From an uncultured Gammaproteobacteria bacterium (GTDB lineage Bacteria > Patescibacteriota > Patescibacteriia > Magasanikbacterales > UBA922): a DNA stretch of 57,286 nt. This document shows positions 25,710 through 35,138 of this stretch, piece after piece; position 1 is the first letter of the stretch; the number at the start of each line of letters is the position of its first letter. A model generated the notes under the pieces. The model saw only the letters and a program-made list of their open reading frames with translations, searched no databases and was not told the DNA's origin. The stretch is from assembly GCA_964374115.1 (NCBI GenBank), contig CAYJXK010000002.1, positions 1 to 57,286 on the forward strand, written 5' to 3'. Made by a program: the position numbers and the translations under genes.

Positions 25710-26951
25710 TTATCCACGATAGTTCGGATCCTTGCGAACCAGCCGCTGGAGGAGCATCTCTCGCTCTTGAGCCGAGATGAGTTCGTTTGTTTCAAGATCC
25801 ATGATGTAGCGGACACCAAGAATCCGCTTGAAGAAGTTGTATCCAATTCGCTGGCCTGCGTAGTAGCGGTTGTCGGAATAGCACCGCAGGCGTTCTCTGA
25901 GGTATGCGAGGTCATGGCCTTCGCTTTTGATCCACTTTGCAACGGCCGGAACATACGTGAGAACCTGCAAAAACCGGGCTGTGTATTCAGGATGCAATTG
26001 TGTTCCGATCGCGAATGGGCCAGCAGACAACACTTCGACAATGTCTTGTCTGACTTCAGACACAGGGCCTTTTTTGGATCGGCCTCTCGCGATTCTGTCT
26101 CGGAATAGCCGGTAGCTCGAGGCGATCACATGGCCAGAGAGACGTGCGTCATTCGGGTCAAACTTTTGGGAGTGGACTTCGAGTCCTGGAACATGGTCTA
26201 CCCGATTCATCACGGGGTGGGAAACGATTTTTCGAATGCGTTCCACACCGAAAACCATGTATCGCTTCCCTGGGACTACTTTGGTAAAATGAGTCGTGAG
26301 GTCGCCGAACGGTCGATGCATGTGGAATGCATGACCATGCGGGACATGCAGATATGATGGAACAACGCCATAGGCCGCAAGACCTAAGAGGTGCAGTCCA
26401 AAGCAGTTGCCGAAGATTGGAATGTCCAGGTCAAGACAATACCGGATGAGCTCCAATGTTTTTTGAATGATCCGGTGTTTTTTGACCCTGGAGAGCATTT
26501 TTGGCGAGCCACTCAGGCTCAAGCCAGCGATCCGAATCTTCTGACGGATGACGAGATCGCAGAGTTCATAGATATGGCTCTCGGCATGCGCCACCACGAC
26601 ACGCAGGGGACGAACGCGCGGTATTGATTCAAAATTCGCGAAAGAATTCACCGCTCCAATCCACTCCGCGATCTTGGTCCAGTCGAGGTATGAGCCATCA
26701 GCAAGCCCTTGGCGGACTATCTGTTCGAGATCTCCTGGGACCTCTTTGATGTCCAAAAATTCAAGCGGGATGTTTCCGCCCTCCAGAAGAGGGACAAGAG
26801 CTGTCTTGATGAGCGTATGATATTTGCCCTCTTGGCCCGGTCGGTTGTCAAGGTGCAAATGGATCTCATATCCAAGCGATTGGTCGTTTCGAAAGAGCGT
26901 AACAGGACACCGATGGGCAGTAGGCCATCGGTGTGTGATTGCCTTTGCCAT
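25710..26951 (-). CDS. Class-I glutamine amidotransferase-like protein with unknown N- and C-terminal extensions
   Basis: GATase1-type motifs: LSGSP, PIFGNCFGLHLLG (nucleophile-elbow Cys) and GTQLHPEY (His-x-Glu). The start was set at MAKAITH, preceded by GAAGGA. G+C is visibly higher than in the neighbours. Confidence 0.65.
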   Translation of the reverse strand: MAKAITHRWPTAHRCPVTLFRNDQSLGYEIHLHLDNRPGQEGKYHTLIKTALVPLLEGGNIPLEFLDIKEVPGDLEQIVRQGLADGSYLDWTKIAEWIGAVNSFANFESIPRVRPLRVVVAHAESHIYELCDLVIRQKIRIAGLSLSGSPKMLSRVKKHRIIQKTLELIRYCLDLDIPIFGNCFGLHLLGLAAYGVVPSYLHVPHGHAFHMHRPFGDLTTHFTKVVPGKRYMVFGVERIRKIVSHPVMNRVDHVPGLEVHSQKFDPNDARLSGHVIASSYRLFRDRIARGRSKKGPVSEVRQDIVEVLSAGPFAIGTQLHPEYTARFLQVLTYVPAVAKWIKSEGHDLAYLRERLRCYSDNRYYAGQRIGYNFFKRILGVRYIMDLETNELISAQEREMLLQRLVRKDPNYRG

Positions 26952-27057
26952 GGTGTTTCCTTCTGTTGTGAGATACACTCACAATCCTTTTTGGTATACT
27001 GGAATGGATGTAAGAAGTCAAGAGCGTGGCGTTTTTTGTGGTATTTTTGTGTATCTT

Positions 27058-27066
27058 TGTTAGAAT
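27058..27066 (+). promoter_or_regulatory. Extended -10 promoter element (TGtTAGAAT) upstream of uvrB
   Basis: TG at 27058-27059 and TAGAAT at 27061-27066, 20 nt before the ATG at 27086. No good -35. Confidence 0.4.
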
Positions 27067-27085
27067 GATCCAATATAGAGCTCAT

Positions 27086-29140
27086 ATGCAATTCAAAATT
27101 CATTCTTCTTATAAACCAAGTGGAGACCAGCCAGAGGCAATCGAAGCGCTCGTGGACGGCATGCAAAAAAATATGTCCAAACAGACGCTCCTTGGGGTCA
27201 CTGGTTCAGGCAAGACGTTTACTATTGCCAATGTGATTGAGCATGTGCAGATCCCCACGCTTGTGATTGCGCACAACAAAACCCTTGCGGCGCAATTGTG
27301 CAATGAATTTCGCGAATTTTTTCCGGAGAATACTGTGGAGTATTTTGTGTCTTACTATGATTATTACCAGCCCGAAGCATACATGCCGCATTCAGATACG
27401 TATATTGAAAAAGAAGCGCAGATTAATAAGGAGATTGACCGTTTGCGTCACGCCTGCACTCAGGCGCTTTTGACGCGTAGCGATGTCATTATTGTGGCGT
27501 CTGTATCCGCGATATATGGATTGGGGTCACCAACAGAATATCAAAAGATCGTCTTGCATCTTCGCGCAGGAGATCTTTTGGATCGTCGAGGCATGATGGA
27601 ACAGTTGATTGAGATGCAATTTCAGCGCACCAACGCAGATCTTATCCGTGGGACATTCCGCATGCGAGGACAAGTATTCGAGGTGATGCCGGTACATGAA
27701 GAAATGATCTATCGTTTGGAGATCAATGATCGCATTGATCTAATTGAGAAGGTGGATCCGGTGACGCGGCATGTGGTAGAAACACAACATCGCATGCCTG
27801 TGAGAGACATGTGGCTCTTTCCAGCCCGTCATTATATTGCCTCGTCTGATCTGCGCGCAAAGGCGATCAAATCAATTCGCCAGGAATTAGAAGAGCAGCT
27901 CGCACTGTTGCAAAAGCAGAAAAAAATTTTGGAATATGAACGCCTAAAGCGCCGGGTCGCTCATGATCTCGCGCTCATTGAGCATGTGGGATATTGCAAT
28001 GGGATTGAAAATTATTCGAGACATTTTGAAGGAAGAAAAGCAGGAGAACCTTCGTTTACGTTACTTGACTATTTTAGGCATACGAATGAGAAATTTTTAA
28101 CCGTCATTGACGAATCTCATGTGACCATTCCTCAACTTCGTGGCATGTATCATGGGGATAAATCTCGGAAAGATACACTTGTGACATATGGATTTCGGTT
28201 GCCAAGCGCGAGAGACAACAGGCCACTCACGTTTGAAGAGTTCGAAGCGCGAATCGGTTCAGCTATTTTTGTTTCCGCTACCCCAGCAGCGTATGAAAAA
28301 AAGATGAGCGATCAGATTGTCGAGCAGATTGTGCGACCGACAGGGCTGGTGGATCCGGAAGTCTTGGTATTGCCGATTACAGCAAGAAATTCAAAAAATT
28401 CTCAAAAAAATATTTCAGGTCTGTCTCAAATTGACGACGTCATTGCTCGCATTCATGATCGCGTGAAAAAAGGCGAGCGCGCGCTTGTGACTACACTCAC
28501 GAAAAAAATGGCAGAAGACTTGGCCGAATATCTCAAGGAACAGAAGATTTCTGTTCGATATCTCCACAGTGGCATTGATACGCTCGAGCGAATACAACTG
28601 CTTACGGATTTACGAAAGGGAACGATTGATATTCTGGTCGGGGTCAACTTGCTCCGTGAAGGTTTGGATCTTCCAGAAGTATCTTTTGTTGCCATTCTCG
28701 ACGCGGACAAAGAAGGATTTTTGCGCAGTGATACCAGTTTGGTTCAAACCATTGGGCGAGCCGCGCGAAATGTGAATGGGTTAGTCGTGCTCTACGCGGA
28801 TCAGATGACTGGCTCGATTGAACGCGCTCTTGATGAGACACGACGACGTCGAGAGATTCAGCTTGCGTATAATAAGAAACACGGGATCACGCCGAAGACG
28901 ATTCAGAAAGCGATTCGAAATTTGTTGGAAGAGTTTGGAATAACCGCGCAAGGGCAAGAAAACAAAAAATCAAGAAAACAAACATTTCGTGCCACCGCAG
29001 AGCTCGATTTGTTCGGGGATGACCGACCGCGAGCGGACATCATCCGAGAAAAAGAAAAACAGATGAAAATAGCCGCGAAAAATTTGGAATTTGAGCTCGC
29101 GGCGATTTTGCGAGATGAAATTCGGATATTAAATTCATAG
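27086..29140 (+). CDS. uvrB: Excinuclease ABC subunit B
   Basis: MQFKIHSSYKPSGDQPEAI, Walker A GVTGSGKT, DESH, and the C-terminal UVR motif (ELAAILRDEI). Confidence 0.96.
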   Translation: MQFKIHSSYKPSGDQPEAIEALVDGMQKNMSKQTLLGVTGSGKTFTIANVIEHVQIPTLVIAHNKTLAAQLCNEFREFFPENTVEYFVSYYDYYQPEAYMPHSDTYIEKEAQINKEIDRLRHACTQALLTRSDVIIVASVSAIYGLGSPTEYQKIVLHLRAGDLLDRRGMMEQLIEMQFQRTNADLIRGTFRMRGQVFEVMPVHEEMIYRLEINDRIDLIEKVDPVTRHVVETQHRMPVRDMWLFPARHYIASSDLRAKAIKSIRQELEEQLALLQKQKKILEYERLKRRVAHDLALIEHVGYCNGIENYSRHFEGRKAGEPSFTLLDYFRHTNEKFLTVIDESHVTIPQLRGMYHGDKSRKDTLVTYGFRLPSARDNRPLTFEEFEARIGSAIFVSATPAAYEKKMSDQIVEQIVRPTGLVDPEVLVLPITARNSKNSQKNISGLSQIDDVIARIHDRVKKGERALVTTLTKKMAEDLAEYLKEQKISVRYLHSGIDTLERIQLLTDLRKGTIDILVGVNLLREGLDLPEVSFVAILDADKEGFLRSDTSLVQTIGRAARNVNGLVVLYADQMTGSIERALDETRRRREIQLAYNKKHGITPKTIQKAIRNLLEEFGITAQGQENKKSRKQTFRATAELDLFGDDRPRADIIREKEKQMKIAAKNLEFELAAILRDEIRILNS

Positions 29141-29178
29141 CGAGTTTTTTCCTTCCGCGCCGTCCAATCACTTTTTAT
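29131..29178 (+). repeat. Family B element fragment overlapping the uvrB stop codon
   Basis: AAATTCATAGCGAGTTTTTTCCTTCCGCGCCGTCCAATCACTTTTT matches the family B terminus plus the start of the internal arm. Confidence 0.6.
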
Positions 29179-29630
29179 TATTTTACTTCCACTATCACAT
29201 CATTGCTATATATCGTGCATGTTTTGTTCTTCACCACACAGATACGAAAGTGTTGCGTGCCGCTTGGCCAGCCTGCCTTTGTCAATTCGCGGTGGGCTGG
29301 ACCTCGTTCATGCCAATAGGTGGACGGCCATTCTGGATTTGGATCTTTACTCTGCACAATTCTGTATCCTTCGGCATCTTCTGCAATATTTTCACGCACT
29401 TCCCATTGAAATTGCACGGTGCTCGTGGATGCCAATCCTTCGGCTTTGAGTGTTATGCCACTGTTCAGATCTGTGATGGAAGTGTCGTCCACGGATTCTG
29501 GTCGCGTGGATTCTTGTTGTATTCCCGGCGTTATGGTAGGAGCAGGGTTGAGAGAGCCAACCTTCTCACATCCAACACCCATGAGGAGTAATCCAAAAAA
29601 CGGGACTATGATGCGCGCGCGCCTATACAT
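29178..29630 (-). CDS. Secreted or lipid-anchored hypothetical protein
   Basis: Signal peptide ending in ...LLLMGVGC. Downstream of the GH-like gene on the same strand. Confidence 0.65.
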   Translation of the reverse strand: MYRRARIIVPFFGLLLMGVGCEKVGSLNPAPTITPGIQQESTRPESVDDTSITDLNSGITLKAEGLASTSTVQFQWEVRENIAEDAEGYRIVQSKDPNPEWPSTYWHERGPAHRELTKAGWPSGTQHFRICVVKNKTCTIYSNDVIVEVK

Positions 29631-29689
29631 AGAAAAAGAAGAAAAAATTACAACGAGAGTATATCAAGAAGAAAAAAATACGCAAGGGC

Positions 29690-29726
29690 ATGAAAAATAC
29701 GAAGGAGCTCGAAATGCGAGCTCCTT
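29690..29726 (-). terminator. Rho-independent terminator after the GH-like gene
   Basis: A 10-bp stem AAGGAGCTCG/CGAGCTCCTT with a 5-nt loop, followed on the minus strand by a T-rich tract (TCGTATTTTTC). Confidence 0.65.
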
Positions 29727-29755
29727 TCCGTTCTCTCGGTTGTTTTTGTCGTTCT

Positions 29756-31216
29756 TCAGTAGGTGTGAAGGATTTCTGTGAAGGCGATCCCCCATGGAGT
29801 AAAGGAGCATCCATCGGCGCAATCAGTAAGCAAATGGAAGTACCACTCGCCAGAGCTGAATTGCGCTCCCTCAAACGGTCCGTAGATGCCGATGCTTTCG
29901 ATGGGGAAACGCTGTGGGTTTGCATCCGGATTTTCCGCAGAGGTAGGAGAGCGTACCTGGTCGAGATACCACGTGAGCCATGTACCCTGCTGTTTGGTAT
30001 CTCCAGAAGAAAAACCGATCTCGCTTACCTGCATCTTCAGATCAGGATATCGCGCGTTCATCATGGAAAGGGCAGTGTGAAAGCGGGTTCCATCAGGAGA
30101 GAAATCCATTGCTGGAATACTGAAAGCGATGTCTTCTCCACTGCTCAGAGTAATAACGTGGGTGTCCTCTGTCACGTGCATCGTGCCATAGAATGTGATT
30201 CCGACGCGCTGGAACGTGGTGTTTCGTGGACGGCGCGTACAGGGAATCTGCGCGTTATCATCAAGTGCATCGAAATTAGTGTCTGTACACGCATAGAGCA
30301 GTGTATCGAGCAACCAGTAGTTGAACACGTACTCGAGCCGCCACGCTGACTCTGATTGTTCATTCTCTTCAGCAGAGGGAACGAGCGGCCGCACGTTTTG
30401 CGCGATGAGCGGATCCCAGCCGGCCTTTGAGATGAGGTCTCCCGCATCTTTCAGAGCATCGCGAAGGTGGGTAAGAGCTATGGCGAATGATTTTTTTGCT
30501 TTTTTTCCACCTGGCGGCCAGTTGCCATTGCCGAGGTAGCTGTTGAAGAGCATGCCCATTGGCTCGTCCATGAGACAGACTTGTGATCCAGACGGCAAAA
30601 TGCCTGTGAGTTCCACAATAACATTTTCAGTGAAAGTGACGAACGCACTCTGCGCATCATCGTTTGTCCATCCTGCGTTCGTGATAGCGAACGCTTGTCG
30701 AGTAGACAGGTTCTCAAACAGCGATGCTGGGCCAGCGTCATGGTGGCTGAGCACGATCTCGACTTCCACACCCCGATCGAGGAGCATGCCGATGATTTGT
30801 TTCATCTCTTGTCGCCATGTCGTATCTGCCATCCAACACGGCCAGACGATTGGCAGGCGAACGATCGGTTTGAGATCATCGAGCGCTTCGAGGGCGTTTC
30901 CCAGCGCCGTCTGGTACTGGGATAGACTATCGAAGAACGGCTGCACGTACATCGTCTGGAGCGGCACGATGGCTTTTTCGTTTTGTGAGAGAGACTTCAG
31001 GAATACCGTCCAGCCGCTGGGGCAGGTCGCAGGATGCACCGCGCTTTGGACTTCCTGAATCGGTGAGACGAGAAGGGCGAGCCGTGGCAAAGCGACTGGT
31101 TCTGATGTCGTTTCGAGTTGACTCGCAGAGTCACTGCTCGGAGTAGTCTCTCCTTCGGCGATGCACGACCACAGAGAAGAGAGAATGAAAAGAACAACGA
31201 GAGAACGGATGTTCAT
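29756..31216 (-). CDS. Secreted clan GH-A (TIM-barrel; GH1/GH5-like) glycoside-hydrolase-like protein
   Basis: Signal peptide with LWSC. An acid/base-like segment is LMDEPMG (NEP-like) and a nucleophile-like segment is VSEIGFS. A strong SD, GAAGGAGG, lies 5-6 nt before the ATG. G+C is higher than in the neighbours. Confidence 0.55.
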   Translation of the reverse strand: MNIRSLVVLFILSSLWSCIAEGETTPSSDSASQLETTSEPVALPRLALLVSPIQEVQSAVHPATCPSGWTVFLKSLSQNEKAIVPLQTMYVQPFFDSLSQYQTALGNALEALDDLKPIVRLPIVWPCWMADTTWRQEMKQIIGMLLDRGVEVEIVLSHHDAGPASLFENLSTRQAFAITNAGWTNDDAQSAFVTFTENVIVELTGILPSGSQVCLMDEPMGMLFNSYLGNGNWPPGGKKAKKSFAIALTHLRDALKDAGDLISKAGWDPLIAQNVRPLVPSAEENEQSESAWRLEYVFNYWLLDTLLYACTDTNFDALDDNAQIPCTRRPRNTTFQRVGITFYGTMHVTEDTHVITLSSGEDIAFSIPAMDFSPDGTRFHTALSMMNARYPDLKMQVSEIGFSSGDTKQQGTWLTWYLDQVRSPTSAENPDANPQRFPIESIGIYGPFEGAQFSSGEWYFHLLTDCADGCSFTPWGIAFTEILHTY

Positions 31217-31263
31217 GATGCCTCCTTCCTCATGGAATCATGGTTCAAAAAAAAGTATAGCAT

Positions 31264-31287
31264 GACAATTGACTATTCACAATTGTC
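31264..31287. promoter_or_regulatory. Operator-like palindrome GACAATTG-N8-CAATTGTC upstream of the uvrA promoter
   Basis: Perfect 8-bp inverted repeat, 16 bp upstream of the candidate -35. Confidence 0.3.
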
Positions 31288-31302
31288 TGTACGCATACAT
31301 TC

Positions 31303-31332
31303 TTGACCACTATCTTGTATTGAGAGTATGCT
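31303..31332 (+). promoter_or_regulatory. Promoter candidate TTGACC-18-TATGCT for uvrA
   Basis: Hexamers at 31303-31308 and 31327-31332, about 40 nt upstream of the ATG. Confidence 0.4.
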
Positions 31333-31371
31333 ATCCCCTCTACCCTCGTTTCAAGGGATTTTTATGGTTTT

Positions 31372-33927
31372 ATGCAAGAAAAAATAATCATTCGTGGGGC
31401 GCGAGAACATAATCTCAAAAATATTTCTTTGGAATTGCCACGCAATGCCATGATCGTGTTTACTGGTCTTTCTGGTTCAGGAAAGTCGTCTCTTGCGTTT
31501 GATACGATTTTTGCCGAAGGACAACGCCGGTATATTGAGAGTTTGTCCGCGTACGCGCGGCAATTTTTGGGTGGTCTTCAGAAGCCAGACGTGGATGAGA
31601 TTGAAGGGCTGTCTCCGGCGATTTCGATTAACCAAAAAGCCCATGGCGCCAATCCGCGCTCTACGGTCGCGACGATCACGGAAGTGTATGATTATCTTCG
31701 GGTGCTTTTCGCGCGTATCGGCAGTCCCTATTGTCCGCTGTGCGGAACAAAGATTGAAAAGATGACTGTGGATCAGATGATCGAGCGGATTTCAAAAAAA
31801 CAAGTCACCCCGCTCATCATTTTTTCTCCCGTCGTCCGAGGGAGGAAAGGGGAGTATTATCAAATGCTCTATGATATGTATAATTCTGGATTTCTCGAGG
31901 TGCGAGTGGATGGGAAAATGAAAAGTTTGCGTGAAAGGATTGTGTTGTCGAAGCACATCAAACATACGATTGAGATTGTTGTGGACAACATACCTTTCAT
32001 AAAACACAAAAAAGATGGGTCTTCTCTTCAAAGATTGACAGAAGCAGTCGAGACCGCTATAGACCTATCGAATGGTCTTTGCACTATTGCTTTTCCAGAT
32101 GGAAGTGAAGAGATTTTTAGTACCCAATATTCATGCCCAAATGATGGATTTAGTTTTCCAGAAATCGAGCCACGATTGTTTAGTTTCAATAGTCCTTATG
32201 GATATTGCACACGCTGCACGGGGCTTGGGACAAAAGAATTGTTCAGTGAAGACATATGCACACAATGCCGGGGGAAACGGTTGAGCGACACAGCTCTTTC
32301 TGTAAAAATTCAAAAGAAAAATATTTGGGAAATCACCGCCATGACGATTTATGAAGCAGGAGAATTTTTTCTCGAAGTCGAGGACAAACTGACTGAAACA
32401 GAAAAAGAAATCGCCGGAGTAGCGATACGAGAAATACACAATCGTCTGAGATTTATGCTCGATGTGGGGCTTCATTATTTGACACTTCATCGAACCGCGG
32501 GAACACTTTCGGGCGGAGAAGCGCAACGGATTCGTCTTGCTTCGCAAGTAGGTCAAAAGTTAGTTGGCGCTCTGTATGTGCTCGACGAGCCCACGATTGG
32601 CTTGCATCAAAAAGATAATGAGCAATTAGTGCGGACGCTCAGAAATCTTTGTGATGTCGGCAATACCATTGTTATAGTCGAACATGACGAAGATACGATT
32701 CTCGCGAGTGATTGGATCGTGGATATTGGGCCAGGAGCAGGAAAACATGGAGGAGAGATTGTGTATTCAGGACCCTTGGTCACGCTTTTGAAAGAAAAAA
32801 GTCAAAAGTCTAAAAATTTTGAGTGCCAAATTGCTGGAGACGCAAACACGTCTCTCACTGGTCAGTATCTTCGAGGTGAAAAATCTGTTCCTCTTCCTGA
32901 GAAGCGCCGAAAAGTAGATGGGTCAACACCGAAATTGAAACTTATTGGCGCTGAAGAAAATAATCTTAAACATCTTACGCTCGAGATTCCATTGCGTCGG
33001 CTTATTTGTCTCACCGGCGTATCTGGATCTGGAAAGTCCACGTTGATGCATTCTATTTTGTATCGTGCGATTGCGAATCGTCTGAATCACACGCGATATA
33101 CCGTCGGCAAACACAAAGATATCAAAGGGCTTGAATATATTGATCGTATCATTGAGATTGACCAGAGTCCGATTGGTCGCACGCCCCGGAGTAATCCGGC
33201 GACATATACCAAGGCGTTCGATCACATTCGCGATTTGTTTGCCGCAACGCCAGAAGCAAGAATTCGTGGATACAAAAAAGGGCGATTTAGTTTCAATCAA
33301 AAAGGTGGGCGATGCGAGCAGTGCGAAGGACGGGGGACGATTGAAATCGAAATGCATTTTTTGCCGAGTGTGGAAATCGTCTGCGATGCGTGCAAAGGCA
33401 AACGTTTTACGCAAGAGACACTCCTCGTTCATTACAAAGAAAAAAATATTTTTGAAATTCTATCAATGACGATCGAAGACGCCAAAATTTTTTTTGAGGA
33501 TATTCCACACATTTATGATATACTCAACATGTTGAACAACGTGGGTCTCGATTATCTCACGCTTGGTCAATCTGCGACCACGCTCTCGGGTGGAGAGGCC
33601 CAGCGGATTAAGCTTAGCCGAGAGCTTGCCAAACGCGGAACCACGAAAACGCTCTATCTTCTTGATGAGCCTACCACCGGACTTCATTATGATGATGTGC
33701 GCAAACTCATTGATGTGCTCCAGCGCCTCGTGGGCCAAGGAAATACGGTGATGGTGATCGAGCACAATTTGGACGTGATCAAATGCGCGGATTGGATTAT
33801 TGATCTCGGGCCGGAGGGAGGAGATCGGGGTGGGGAACTCGTGGCTGTCGGGCGGCCGGAAGATGTGGTACAATCCAGGAAAAGCCACACAGGACAATAT
33901 TTAAAAAATTTTCTTTCAATGTTATGA
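31372..33927 (+). CDS. uvrA: Excinuclease ABC subunit A
   Basis: Two ABC modules (GLSGSGKSS and GVSGSGKST; LSGGEAQR twice) and zinc-finger CxxC pairs. Confidence 0.96.
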   Translation: MQEKIIIRGAREHNLKNISLELPRNAMIVFTGLSGSGKSSLAFDTIFAEGQRRYIESLSAYARQFLGGLQKPDVDEIEGLSPAISINQKAHGANPRSTVATITEVYDYLRVLFARIGSPYCPLCGTKIEKMTVDQMIERISKKQVTPLIIFSPVVRGRKGEYYQMLYDMYNSGFLEVRVDGKMKSLRERIVLSKHIKHTIEIVVDNIPFIKHKKDGSSLQRLTEAVETAIDLSNGLCTIAFPDGSEEIFSTQYSCPNDGFSFPEIEPRLFSFNSPYGYCTRCTGLGTKELFSEDICTQCRGKRLSDTALSVKIQKKNIWEITAMTIYEAGEFFLEVEDKLTETEKEIAGVAIREIHNRLRFMLDVGLHYLTLHRTAGTLSGGEAQRIRLASQVGQKLVGALYVLDEPTIGLHQKDNEQLVRTLRNLCDVGNTIVIVEHDEDTILASDWIVDIGPGAGKHGGEIVYSGPLVTLLKEKSQKSKNFECQIAGDANTSLTGQYLRGEKSVPLPEKRRKVDGSTPKLKLIGAEENNLKHLTLEIPLRRLICLTGVSGSGKSTLMHSILYRAIANRLNHTRYTVGKHKDIKGLEYIDRIIEIDQSPIGRTPRSNPATYTKAFDHIRDLFAATPEARIRGYKKGRFSFNQKGGRCEQCEGRGTIEIEMHFLPSVEIVCDACKGKRFTQETLLVHYKEKNIFEILSMTIEDAKIFFEDIPHIYDILNMLNNVGLDYLTLGQSATTLSGGEAQRIKLSRELAKRGTTKTLYLLDEPTTGLHYDDVRKLIDVLQRLVGQGNTVMVIEHNLDVIKCADWIIDLGPEGGDRGGELVAVGRPEDVVQSRKSHTGQYLKNFLSML
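32799..32812 (+). repeat. Two AAGTCNA heptamers (AAGTCAA|AAGTCTA) inside uvrA
   Basis: Same unit family as in mnmA and murB. Translated as KSQKSK within a loop-like segment. Only two units, so this is weak. Confidence 0.4.
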
Positions 33928-35132
33928 TATATTTTTTTGATCGAGAAGAAGGATTTCACGCAGAGGACATAGAATATGACATGACCCTGACCGATCCAAA
34001 AAGAAGGAAACTGCCAGAAACAGTGGTAGCAAAAACAAAGAAGGAAGACGCGCACGAGAATGTTCCTTATTTCGTGGATCCGAAATGGGAAGTAGTCAAT
34101 ATGCTTGGAAGAGGAGGGATGGGGGATGTCTGGCTTGCTCATGAATTTGCCGCGAGCCACAACGGACCACTTCTACGCGATGAGGAGGGAGAGTTGCTCA
34201 TAAAAAGGAACGTGGTAATCAAAGTACTTAAAAAAGAATGTTTGCCAGAGGGAGCGGAAAAATTGTTTCAAAGGGAACGAGAGGCGCTCATCGCGGTTGA
34301 GAATCCCCATGTGCTTCCTATCTATGATGTGATACGAACGGTAGAAGGCGATATCGGTTTGGTCATGGGATACGCGTCAGGTGGCGATCTGCATACGTTG
34401 ATGGAAAAAAGATGGAGTAACAGATCTGTCCCCCCTGATATTGTCGCAAACATTGGGGCACAAATATGCATAGGTCTCGAAGAAGTGCATCGGCAGGGAT
34501 TTCTTCATCGTGACATCAAAGAAACGAATATTTTGGTTGTGGATCCAGAAGAAAAAGAACCACGAGTGATGGTGAGTGATTTTGGTATCGCTGGGCTTTT
34601 GGAAAAATCAAAGGACAGGGAGAATCGTCTATCCTTTTTGGGTCGGCCAATACAAGATACAGCCTCAAGAACAGAGGTTGATGAAAGCAATTTTACTGTT
34701 GGCTCTCCTATGTATATGGCGCCAGAGCAATGTCTTGGTGAACAGATTGATGAGCGGGTTGATTTGTACGCTCTGGGGACGCTTCTCTACGGGATGTGGA
34801 CAGGGCAGCATCCCTATGAGGATTATATTGATGATGAGGATCCACGCGCTGTTATGTCCGCGATTATATCAAAAGAAAATAAACCGAAATCGATTCACGC
34901 GGTGCTCGGAGAAGAAGAAAGAAATTTGGAGCGTATTATTATGCAGTTGTTGGAAAAAGATACAAAGATTCGTTCTTCTGTGCAACTTCGCGACGGCAAG
35001 ACATATTCTCTGCGCACTGCCCTCGATGTCGCCAAAACCATAACAGCCGCGATGGTGCGCGAGGATCCGAAACGCGCGATGAAATATCCGTATTATCTTT
35101 TTTCAAAGCCGGCTTACTTTCCTAAAAGCTAA
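33924..35132 (+). CDS. Hanks-type serine/threonine protein kinase (soluble; no TM or PASTA domains)
   Basis: G-loop LGRGGMGDVW, VIKVLKK, HRDIKETNILV, DFG and APE (MYMAPEQ). An ATGA overlap links it to the uvrA stop. Confidence 0.9.
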   Translation: MIYFFDREEGFHAEDIEYDMTLTDPKRRKLPETVVAKTKKEDAHENVPYFVDPKWEVVNMLGRGGMGDVWLAHEFAASHNGPLLRDEEGELLIKRNVVIKVLKKECLPEGAEKLFQREREALIAVENPHVLPIYDVIRTVEGDIGLVMGYASGGDLHTLMEKRWSNRSVPPDIVANIGAQICIGLEEVHRQGFLHRDIKETNILVVDPEEKEPRVMVSDFGIAGLLEKSKDRENRLSFLGRPIQDTASRTEVDESNFTVGSPMYMAPEQCLGEQIDERVDLYALGTLLYGMWTGQHPYEDYIDDEDPRAVMSAIISKENKPKSIHAVLGEEERNLERIIMQLLEKDTKIRSSVQLRDGKTYSLRTALDVAKTITAAMVREDPKRAMKYPYYLFSKPAYFPKS

Positions 35133-35138
35133 TAATTT

